From assembly GCA_000165425.1 (NCBI GenBank), contig CT868152.1:124001-188000 (forward strand): a stretch of DNA of 64,000 nucleotides, given 5' to 3'. The stretch comes from Paramecium tetraurelia. Its lineage: Eukaryota. Positions 53,586 to 64,000 of the stretch are shown here, piece after piece. Under the pieces are notes generated by a model. That model was not told where the DNA came from. It saw only the letters and a list, made by a program, of their open reading frames with translations, and made no database searches. Numbering within the stretch: position 1 is the first letter of the stretch; each line of letters starts with the position of its first letter. The translations under genes and the position numbers were made by a program.

Positions 53586-56500
53586 TCAAGCTAAATTATA
53601 TGTTGAAATACTAAAAAGTGGACCAAATTTATTGAGTTCTTTTTGAAACAAGTTTCTTTCTTCCTTTTTCCCTTTCTTCTTTTTATTATATTTTAACTTT
53701 TCATAAAAAAAAGTCACTTCATTCTCTGCTGCCAAAAAGAGAGTTCTTATATCTTGTAATATAGTTTAAACGAATGAACTAGCTTGACTGATTACTTCAT
53801 TTGTGATTGGAGAGACTATAGTAATTTATAATTAATTATCTTCTTCATCCAATTCGAAAAAAGGACTAGATTAAGTTAGATCTTTACTCTTAATTAATTC
53901 CTTTATAATTGATCCCTGTTTTTTTGGTGTCAAATTCCATTCCATAAAATTGTAAGAATTTATAAGTAATAAATCCAATAGAGGAAGCTTATCCTTAATG
54001 ATAGCAACTCTCCAGAAAGGCTAAGATCATTTAAATTATGCAGAAGGAAGAAATTCCTCCTTTATACTAGTCATTTAGTCCTCTCTTTTTTAATAAACTC
54101 TTGAATAATAAAACTATTGGCCTTAATTCGCTATAAAATGACAACCATTATAGAGTTTATTCTGTTGAGATTTATCCTAGATGCCAATTTTATTTAGATC
54201 CTTGATATTAAAAAAAGCTTATGTCTACACTAAATATACGGGAAGGACTTTCTTTATCATAACTATAAATAATACCATTTAATACTTTGTAATTAAATCA
54301 ATTTAAGGTAATAGTATTTTATGAGAAGACTCTACAAAGGAGATTGAGGGATCAACTTGGAGTTTAATCAAAGGCATACTTGATGTGGTAATAGCCCTTA
54401 AGAATTCTGATTTAATGATACCTTATATTTGTGACCCATTTCATATTTTACAAAAATTCTATTATCTTTTAAATAGGTCCATTTAATTGATTTGATGGAA
54501 GTAATTCAAATCCTGTTATTCCAATATCAATATCGCTTTCTGGAAGAGCTAAGCCAGTAGCACAGGATCCAAATAGCCGGACAGTAGCATTGTATTCTAT
54601 TTTTATATATATTTATTATCTAACCTCTAAAGAGTGAATTAATTACAAATTATATTCTATCATATATTAACCTCCTCATTTAAAGTATTTCTTAATTTTA
54701 TGTTAAAATTAAATCATTAAATTCTCTGATATCCATATCAAGTTTTTTTATCATCAATGTTCTAGCTTAATTCATAATAATTGTATCAATATCTTCAGTG
54801 TTGTTAGTAAAATAAAGATCTAAATTATTCTAAGTTTGATTATTATTTTAACCACAACCATCTAACACTGATTCATCTTAACAAAGACTTAGCTCTTATA
54901 TTTTTATTATTTGTTATAGCGGCTTAATTAATATGTTGTCATCTAATTTATGCATAATTGGATTTTCTAAAGATTTATTTATTTTCTTAATATCTATAAT
55001 CACTGATTATGAAGATTTTGTCTCTTTTTTTTGAGGAGTCAAAGTTTATTAAGGAAATGTATTCTATGTATTTGCTTATAATCTATTTCTATTAGAAAAA
55101 GGTTGTTTGTCCTTACTTGAATCTTATATATCATTTTTTTAATTATTAAATTAATTTATTTTTACAGGTTTTCGCTTTTAAGGTGAAGTAATTTTGTTAC
55201 ATTAATTAGATTAATTGCATTAATTGTACGAATTAGACTCTTTGAATTGGAGATCTTGTGAACTATCAAATTTTCTTTAGGGTTTCTTTTTTTGTTTTTT
55301 TGGCTTTGTTATGAGAACCCAATTATCTTCGTCATCATTCTAAGCATTTTATTCATTTTGTTTGAGTTCCATATCTTAAATGATTTCTGTTATTTTGGAT
55401 GGCACAATTTAATTAATATCTTATTTATCTAGATGAGCAGTTAAAGAATCGATTTGTTTATTATCTGAGTAAGGACTTAAAGTTAAAATATATGATACTT
55501 TGAATGTCTATTGCATTCACATTCAGTACAATGAAAATCATCTTTAGTTGAGTCTTATTTATCAATGATTTCAAAACTATTACAGTTATCTTAAGATATC
55601 ATATTTTTTTAAGAATCCTTTTCATTTTTGATTTTTTACTTTTTCTGTTTTTTAGATTTCTTTTTTTAATCAATTCCTTTCTTTTTTTCCTTACACTCTA
55701 TTTCTTAAAGATCTTTTACTAACTTTTCTTTGAATTAATCCCTTATCATTCGTAAAACTCTTTTTTCACAAAAGGATTGAAGTAAGGTAAATTTTTCTAA
55801 AGGCAGACAGTATATACCATCAAAATTGTTATTTTGAAATAATTAATTAATTTCTTCTTCGTTTATTTATTATTATTATAAAATAAGAGTATTTTTATCA
55901 TTTTATCCTTCCTCTTGCAACTATGGCTTTCTCATTATTAATTATGCCCATAATATATCTTCCTATTTGGTATTTTTCTTTTTAGGTGCGTTCTTGAATT
56001 CTTTGCATATTTAAGGTATCTAATGAAGGATTTTATATTTAAAATCAACATTGTCCATCCAGTATATTTTAAGATCGTCGTTTTAAATTGGATAGTTATC
56101 CATTTAATTCCCTTATTGACTTTAATAGAATCTAAATTGCTAATAAAATTTACATCAAAGCTATGGCTTTTTCAAACTCATTTATTACCCAACCAGCACA
56201 TGTCTAAAATGTTTTAGGATTAAACCAAATAGCATCGTTAACTATATATTATTTGGCTATTGTATTTAGTGTCACCTTTGGTTAGGAAGAAAATGCTAAT
56301 CCATTGGAACATTCAATTAACAAATTTATAATTTCTTCTAATGACCCTTGTAAGCAAAATTTATCAAAGATATCGTCTTAATCAATGATACAAATTTTAG
56401 AAAGTAATTTCTGATCATTTTTATACTCAAATGAATACCTATTCTAAATGCAATTTCTCTTCTTCATGAGAACGCCTTTTACGAACTAAACACACAACCT

Positions 56501-56952
56501 TTATATCTTCGTTTATTGAAGGGAATCTTATCTTAGAATAGCTTTATACTTTGGATTTTCGTCTTTTAAAGCATAACTAGATCTTTCAACAAGCAAATCA
56601 TGTAGATACATACGCATTATAAAGGTAGTTATCTTCTTTGAATTGACAGCAACCTCATTTATTTTTTATTTCTTAACCCTAAAAATTACCACAATTAATA
56701 AAATATATATATAGCGTAAGAACAAAAAGCAACACTTAAATTTTGCTGCTTCAAAAAGTGATTAAATTATAATAAATACCATTGAATAAGGTCATTTTTG
56801 TAAGTGTTTTCAAATGATTCAATCGTTTCACAACCATGATTGTTGTATTTCGCAGTCAAATATTTAGGAATGGTATAAAGCATGTATATTTGTAAATTTT
56901 ATAATTTATTAATTATTGTACTCTTTAATTTATATAAAAAGGCATGTCTCAT
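53586..56952 (-). CDS. non-canonical poly(A) polymerase / terminal nucleotidyltransferase (Trf4/PAPD5-like)
   Basis: VRLFGSCATGLALPESDIDI Pol-beta motif, PLIKL, LNDQYKGGISSF and FLQFYG PAP-associated region; start codon uncertain (56952 or 56883). Confidence 0.85.
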
Positions 56953-57312
56953 TGTAATAATGATTTTACCTTAACATTTAAATATCTTATTATTTGTATT
57001 TAAAATTTATTATATCAAAAACCAAATACATTTATTTCTGTTTTATTGTTATATGTTCTATTATATAAAATAATATTTAATAAATTTGAGTCCATTTCCT
57101 ATCATTTTGCATGTAAATATACTTTTTAATCATTAATTCTGAGTTTATTTCAATTTAAATGCAGATATAGCTGTTAAATCTCATCTCTATTGATAAACAG
57201 GAAGAATCTTAAATTTGAATTTCAATGAATAGAAATCAAAAGTGATATTATATTGAAGGGGTTTTATAAATTTTATTATACAATAATTTTATTGTAACAA
57301 ATTAATTCATAA

Positions 57313-59528
57313 ATGTCATCCCTTATTAAAAAAGATTAAAAGAGAGCTCCAAATTAGTACTTAGATTTCGATTAATTGGTTCATAAGAAATATCACTATG
57401 ATCAAAAGAAAGCTAATGACTAATCTGTTAAATAAGAATAGTATATTCTTGATCTTAAAAAAGCGTACTATACTTAAATAATTAGTTATGATTAACAAAA
57501 ACTAGAGATCGAACCTTTATTCCAGAAAGTTGAGTTATTGTAAATAGAAAGAAAATAATTGATGGATGAAATCGAGCAATATAAAATGAGTTAAATGGAA
57601 ATTCTTAAAAAATATGAATTCGAATACCAAGAGAAGGATAAATTAAACAAAGAATGTGCAAAGCTCAAATCATAAATTTAAGCCTAATAAAAGATGCAAT
57701 TGCCAAAAGAGTCTTAAGAGAAAAAATGCCATGAATTAAAGGAATCGCTATTTGTGACTATTAAGCATATTCTGAATGACTTCTTAGACAACTACAATCA
57801 TATTATGGGATTCAAAGACGAAAGTGAATGTATTATATAAATGGTAATTTTAAGTATCGAGCAATTTGTTGGAGGAATTACTTTAATAAATTGATGATTC
57901 AATTATAATGTTTGTAGACAACTTACCTGCTGAATCAAACAAATAATTACAATCTGAAGAGCTTCAACACTTGAAAGAGCAAATCGAAAAGACTCTTCAA
58001 ACGGTTTCAAATTTGTAGGCCGAGAATTAAGATTTAAGTACAGCCTTGGACATTGAAAAATAACATAAAGAAAAAATAATCAATTAAAGAAACAATTAAT
58101 AGCAAGTAATCAATCAATTAAATAATTAAATTGAAACAATCACTAATGAGAAGAAAAATCTTGAGTCTTAAATATAGGAAATATAAATGAAAAATCTAGA
58201 ATTTTAGTAAGATATATGTAGAGTAAATGATTTCAAGGAAGAAGAAAACGAAAAACTAAAAAGTGAATTTATTGATTCAATTAACGAGCTTTAAAAATAA
58301 ATCTCAAAGTTATAAATAGAAAATTCGAAATTGACTTCATTGGTTTAAAATAATACTTAACAATAAAGTAAGGACATAGAAATATTGAATAATAAGCTTA
58401 GAGAATTGGAAAGTAAGCTAAATTAGGAAGAAATTAAATATGAATAAAAATCTAGAGAGGTAATTTATATAATAATTAAAAGATGATAAGAATTGAAAAA
58501 GAAATGAATTAATATAAAGCTGAAGCAACAAAACTATTTGAAGAAAATAATTTATGCTAAAAGTAATTGGAAGTAATCAAAGAAAAAAGAAAGTAGGATA
58601 AAGAAGTTCTAGATTAATAAAAAGAAAAATTCAAGAAACTTAAATTACAATTGTAACAGTCAGAAAATGAATCGTAAACTAAAATAGTTTAATTAGAAGA
58701 ATAAATAACATAACTGACCTAATAGTTGGAATAAGATAAATCTACTTAATAAAGCAATTAGAATACAGAAGTTTTAATGGAAAAAGAGTTAGAATTATCA
58801 AAGTTAGATTAACTTGTTTCGGAGTAATTATAAATCATATATTTAGATAAACTTAAAAAATCAATGACTAAAAGTAATATATTTTGGAAATGAAAATTCA
58901 GATCAATTCATTGGAATAAGAACTACAAGATTTAAGACTTACTAATCAATAGCATCAAGAAAGAAGGGCAGTAGCTTTTAGTGAAATTAATCGTTTAGAA
59001 CAATAAAATTCTATTTTAAAATAAGTAATTTAACTATCACTATGTTAGCGTATCAATGATTAAGATCAAACCATAAAATAGCTACAATCTGAAGTTTAAG
59101 AACTTGTGAAGTAACCGAAAAGTAATTCTCAATAAAATCATACTCCCACTCATCATCAAAGTTATTCTAAAACCCTGATGAATGAAGCCACTACTTTAGA
59201 CTCATCTAGACTATCTGATACAGACTCTTAAATATCGAAGACAGCCAAAGCTGCTTCTTTAATTTTGAATGGCTTAAATTATTTTAAACTCAGACCTTAA
59301 GTTACTAATTCATAAATTGAAGATCCTAATAGAAAAAATGCTGAAAAGGCTTTATAAAAGTAAGCAGCTGAGTTGAAATCCAATTTAGAGTAATTGTATA
59401 AGAGTTTCTTGTCCACTTTATTACTAAATTAAGTTAATGATGAGAAGTTTTTGAAGTTTGAGAGACAAATTAACGAATGCGTTAAAAAGACATAAGATTT
59501 AAATGATAATATAGAGGATTTTTTTTGA
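57313..59528 (+). CDS. long coiled-coil protein
   Basis: E/Q/K/L-rich multi-exon ORF; TGA at 59526-59528. Confidence 0.7.
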
Positions 59529-59593
59529 TTTATTATTAATTTTTGTAGATTAATACTTTAATTAATTCTTATGAAAATAAAATAATAATTAGT

Positions 59594-60019
59594 ATGAAAT
59601 TATAAATATTTCTTGGAAAACTATTAACATGTCTAATTTTGATTTTCGAAGGAATGCAAATGATCGATTTACCTATAAAAGTGTTATCCAATTTTATAAA
59701 TCATCACTAATTCATTTGGAGATTAGGCGAATAATTTTTTATCGAGAATTTCTCGGAAGATGTATGAAATTGAATGAAATATATAAAATAGAATAATCCT
59801 TTTTCTGGGGAATAAAATTATAAATTCTTTGTCATTACATTGATATAAGGTCTGGGGGGTTTGTAAATATTGTTGGCTACATTTATATTTTTTGGGAAAT
59901 CTTGGGCTAGTGCTATTTAAATTGGAATAATTTTAATGAAATCATATTAAGGAATTGGAGAATATAGTATTTAAGAATTAATATATACGATGGGAAGAAT
60001 AGGAAGTTTAATGATATGA
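59594..60019 (+). CDS. small DoxX/SURF4-like multi-pass membrane protein
   Basis: MKLQIFLGKLLTCLILIFEG...LIQGLGGLQILLATFIFFG...ELIYTMGRIGSLMI*; one 30-nt intron at 59762-59791. Confidence 0.65.
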
Positions 60020-60034
60020 TTTTCTTAAAATAAT

Positions 60035-60620
60035 ATGCATGCATATATTAGTATAATATTAAAAACTATATAAGATGAGTTACTTTTCTTATATTTGTTG
60101 TTTTTCATTACTGCAGAAGTTAATAAATTAAAGGAACCACGATATGCTGCTGGATGTTTGGCTAATAGATATCCCTCTTTTTTATTGATACATGGAAGTC
60201 AGAGATTTAGAATATGTTTACCTTCCTTCTTTTTATTGGATTATTCTTTTGAGTCCTCATTTCATCAAGGACTATACTATTATTAATTAAGAATTGGTTT
60301 TGCTGAAATTTTATGCGGTTTCTTGGTCATCATGAATTTTAGATGTGCAGGATAATTATTTTCCTTTTTCACATTATTCTTTGTAACTGTTATTCACAAT
60401 CTCTACCTTCATGCAGCAAAATAAGAGTCAATAAACAAAGATTGAAAAAAACTGATATCTTGTTATGATCGATCTAAGGGTATTGGACAATAGGTATGGT
60501 TATTCGGATATTCATCAGATGATATTCACGATTAATCAGTAGCAACAGCAGAGAAAAATCAAAAGTAATTCCAGCAAAAGCTGTCGGAATTGGGAAGGCC
60601 CAGACAAATTTAGTAATTTA
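60035..60620 (+). pseudogene. probable decaying DoxX/HR-lesion-like membrane gene with internal TGA
   Basis: FFITAEVNKL...IGFAEILCGFLVI...VIHNL; in-frame TGA at 60443-60445 with coding-like sequence continuing; intron-like segment with a defective donor near 60270. Confidence 0.45.
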
Positions 60621-60681
60621 ATAAATTTATACGATTATAAGAGTATTTGGAATATTTTTTAAAAGTCAAATTAAATATTCA

Positions 60682-62144
60682 ATGGGATTAGATATCAATT
60701 TATTAAGAGAAGACAAAGGTGGAAACCCAAATCTGGTGAAAGAATGGTGCTAAAAAAGATTTTAAGACCCGGCAATAGTTGATAAGGTTATAGCTCTTGA
60801 TTAGGAATGGAGAAAAGGTACTCAATTTTTAAATGGCTTCTTAGCAAGATTTAATCTTGATCAACTTAACAAGGAGTATGGTATTGCCAACAAGAAGATT
60901 GCTGAAAAGAAGAAGGCCAATAAACAAGACCCATGTGTTGAAGAAGTTGAATTGGCTAAAACAATAGATCTTAAAATCAAAGAAGCTTAAAAGGTAGGAC
61001 TCATTATCTAATTTGTAGATTGAATAAGAATAAGAGATTGTATTAACCTAAACACTCAACAAAATCGGAAATGTAGTCCATGAGTCAGTTCCAGTGTCCA
61101 AAGATGAAGCTGAAAATAGAATTGAAGTAACTTGGGGCTAAATCCCTGACATTCAAGTCAATAGCACTCCAGGCAGATGTCACCATCATGAAGTCTTATT
61201 TATGATTGATGGTGTTGACCTTAAGAGAGGTTCTAAGATAGCAGGCCATAGAGCCTATTTCCTTAAGGGACCGGGTCTCCTTTTGAATTAAGCTTTGGTA
61301 AGCTATGGAATTCAATTCCTAAATCAAAGAGGTTATACCCCAGTCTAAACACCCTTCTTCATGAAAAAAACCTGTATGGCTGAGACAGCCTAATTGTCTG
61401 ATTTCGATGACCAATTGTACAAAGTATGAACAATTTTAGTATAAATTGATAGGTTACTGGTAACCCAGATGACGAAGATCTCTACCTTATTGCAACATCT
61501 GAATAACCTATTTCTGCTATGTATAGAAAAGAATGGCTTGAACCTAAGGATCTACCAATTAAATATGGTGGTAGTTCAACTTGTTTCAGAAAGGAAGCCG
61601 GAGCATATGGCAAAGATGTTTGGGGAATCTTCAGAGTCCATTAATTTGAAAAGATTGAGCAATTTGTCATTTGCTCTCCTGAAGAATCATGGAAATTCCA
61701 CGATGAAATGATTACTGCTGGATAAGACTTCGTTAAATCTTTGGAATTACCTTACAGAGTAGTTAATATTGTTTCTGGAGCATTAAATGATGCTGCAGCC
61801 AAGAAATATGATTTGGAAGCTTGGTTCCCAGGATATAAGGATTATAGAGAATTGTAATCTTGTTCAAACTGTCTTGATTACTAATCCAGAGCTCTTGAAA
61901 TCCGTTTTGGGGCTAAAAAGACTGACGAGAAGGAGAAGAAGTATGTTCATATGCTCAATGCAACATTGTGTGCAACAGAAAGAACTTTATGTTGTATTTT
62001 GGAGAATTATTAAACAGAAACTGGAGTTAAAGTCCCTGTCGTATTAGTAAGTGATTGAAATATTATGTTTAGTAACCATTTGTAGGCAAGGATTTCATTC
62101 CTTACGTAAAACCATTACCTAAGAAGGAAGATCTAGGTGCATGA
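60682..62144 (+). CDS. SARS1: cytosolic seryl-tRNA synthetase
   Basis: [85 protein letters not shown] motifs. Confidence 0.97.
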
Positions 62145-62191
62145 ATAACATTATATACAAAATAACATAATTCTATAAAATTCATATTCCA

Positions 62192-62992
62192 TCATTAATC
62201 TAATGGTGCGTTATTAATAATATTGTTTAATTTATTGGCTTATTTTTGTTAATTCTTTTATTAATTAGTATTTCCTTTTTCACCTTTATTCTTTTATTAT
62301 TTATTTGTATTTTAATTCTATTCCTAATTATTTGAATTTCCTTTTTGATTCTAAAAACTCTTTCTTTAAATTTCTTATTCTTATGGCACTTTCAACTTAA
62401 CAGTTTGATACTTCAATTCTTAAATTACTTTAATACATACCATCCCCAAGTATTATAGGTATCTCACAAACACTCTCTTTCCTAAAAACATTCATTTGTT
62501 CTGTTATTTTCTATATTTTTTACTTAACATCCTCTGGCAATTCGATGTCCTTTTTAGTGAACAAATAAACACAATTTATTCTCTCTATCTTCATAATCTT
62601 CTACAAATGTGTCCTTATTATGCGATTAAATAGAAAATACCTAATCTCCTCTTTAGCCAGAATTATTTACTGATTGTATTTCCAAAATACGGTTGAAGCC
62701 TGTATTAAAATATCTGTGATGCTTGAAATAATATTGCATTTTACGATTAATCATAAATTAATATTAAAGCCAAAAAATTCGATTAATTCGCTCTTAGCTT
62801 TCTTATTGCACTCCTTATTCCCACCTTTGTCTACACATATTAGGACAATTCTTAGTCATTCTTAATCTATTGAATGCATTTGACCAAATCTTGAGAGGAG
62901 TATTGGTCCAAAGTTCTGAAGTTGTATTCGAAAGGTTGATGAAGACAAGTACGTATGGGTTACTTACGCTTTTCTTTAATTTGTTGTTTCAT
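62192..62992 (-). CDS. hypothetical protein, possibly L7Ae-fold (Rpp38/Pop3-like)
   Basis: KVGIRSAIRKL...LILIYD...LQKIMKIERINCVYL weakly resembles L7Ae/Rpp38; 3 short introns. Confidence 0.5.
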
Positions 62993-63026
62993 GGAAAAAT
63001 TGCTTTTATATTAAATAAATATAAAT

Positions 63027-63709
63027 TCATTTATTAGTTGAACTTGAACTTTAACCAGAGTTTTCTTGAAAGTTCCTACTCTGTTGTTTGAGAGTCATAT
63101 AATCAGCCAGTATCAACTTGAGCCACTTCCAGGTCTGTTTGAGTGAAGGTTGTTCTCGAAATGAATTGTCTGGATGGCAACTAACCACCATATGCAAAAG
63201 AGATTCTATAAATTTATGTTCATGGGAATATTTAGATCTTCCTTAATATAATAGTACTTCAATATTTGCAATTCTTCCGACGTATCTTAATTTAATTTAT
63301 TTGTTGTGATTACTTCTTATTCCAATTTTAATATGGTTTTTTTCAATTCGATGTTTATCTTCTGTAATTAGCCATTGTGCATTATTTCACTATGCAATTT
63401 ATCAGACATTTGCTACAGTTCCTTATTTAATTCATCAATGTATTTCTAATTCCTATTCGAATTTTTAAATTGCTCCTCTAACTCAATTTTCAAATCCTAA
63501 ACCTGATTGAGCAACAGCTATTCGACCTTCCTCAACTGCACAATGATATCGTTTAATTTCTATATTTCTTAATCCAAGTTTTGTTATTGTCTGGGTAATG
63601 ATCTACTATAAGATTTTTTTTAAAGATCAGAATTTAGAGATTTCCTTGCTGTATATGAATCTGAAGACAAATTAGCTTCTGCATCAGTCTCCCGAATGGA
63701 ATATAACAT
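63027..63709 (-). CDS. hypothetical coiled-coil protein
   Basis: MLYSIRETDAEANLSS...PSLKQTWKWLKLILADY...; one 20-nt intron. Confidence 0.7.
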
Positions 63710-63773
63710 TGAAATTTTAACGAAATTTAATAATAAATATATTATATTTTGAAGGGAATTATTGGTGTTAATA

Positions 63774-64000
63774 TCACTATCTAAATATGCCTCCCTTTTT
63801 TAAGGCATTTTCAGCATCCTTAATGGCTAATAACTCATTGTCGTATTATTAGATCAAGGTATTGTGTGATGCAGTTCTTAAATTCAAAGAATACGATACC
63901 TTTCAATCCATCTATTTTGAGTGGCAGAGAGATTGTCTTCAGCTTCAGACAAATTGAGTCTTGCATCATTCAAAATTGAATTGAGTGCCTTGATTTCTCC
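63774..64000 (-). CDS. 3' end of a trichocyst-matrix-protein-like gene (runs off window)
   Basis: GEIKALNSILNDARLNLSEAEDNLSATQNRWIERTASHNTLIQQYDNELLAIKDAENALKKGGIFRQ*; one 22-nt intron. Confidence 0.5.

Noticed and set aside
59629..60078. 149-codon TGA-free alternative frame overlapping the DoxX-like gene
   Set aside because: With a single stop codon such open frames arise readily by chance. The 59594 frame gives a coherent TM protein with a canonical intron.
60443..60680. In-frame TGA next to seryl-tRNA synthetase read as selenocysteine
   Set aside because: There is no redox (CxxU-like) context, no convincing SECIS downstream, and other signs of decay in the ORF. The adjacency to SerRS is probably coincidental.

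Overview
This is eukaryotic, AT-rich, gene-dense DNA with the hallmarks of a Paramecium macronuclear (somatic) chromosome. TAA/TAG encode Gln (translation table 6), TGA is the only stop, nearly all introns are 20-32 nt GT..AG, and many intergenic spacers are under 60 bp. The supplied standard-code ORF track is therefore fragmentary or misleading. I re-read the genes by hand with code 6 and found about 43 coding loci. They include a Vma12/TMEM199-like protein, a Yip1-family protein, a P4-ATPase flippase, 5-aminolevulinate synthase, an RCC1-repeat protein, a Rab, a PHD-finger/polyQ protein, a peroxisomal SDR, kinases and pseudokinases, two tandem MORN genes, NAD kinase, a small Tim, a RING+Tudor/MBT protein, a SCP/FCP1-like phosphatase, an epiplasmin, trichocyst matrix proteins, a BBOF1-like protein, a Sen1/SETX-like helicase, a Trf4-like nucleotidyltransferase, DoxX-like membrane genes and seryl-tRNA synthetase. 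I recognised no tRNA, rRNA, CRISPR array or transposon. The most unusual locus is the 5' end of the PHD gene (12876-13260). It has two abnormally long intervening sequences (83 and 76-77 nt), and the reading frame is restored only by nested twin-intron (stwintron-like) splicing, a +1 frameshift, weak splice sites or an assembly error. All gene models are manual, so boundaries are approximate.
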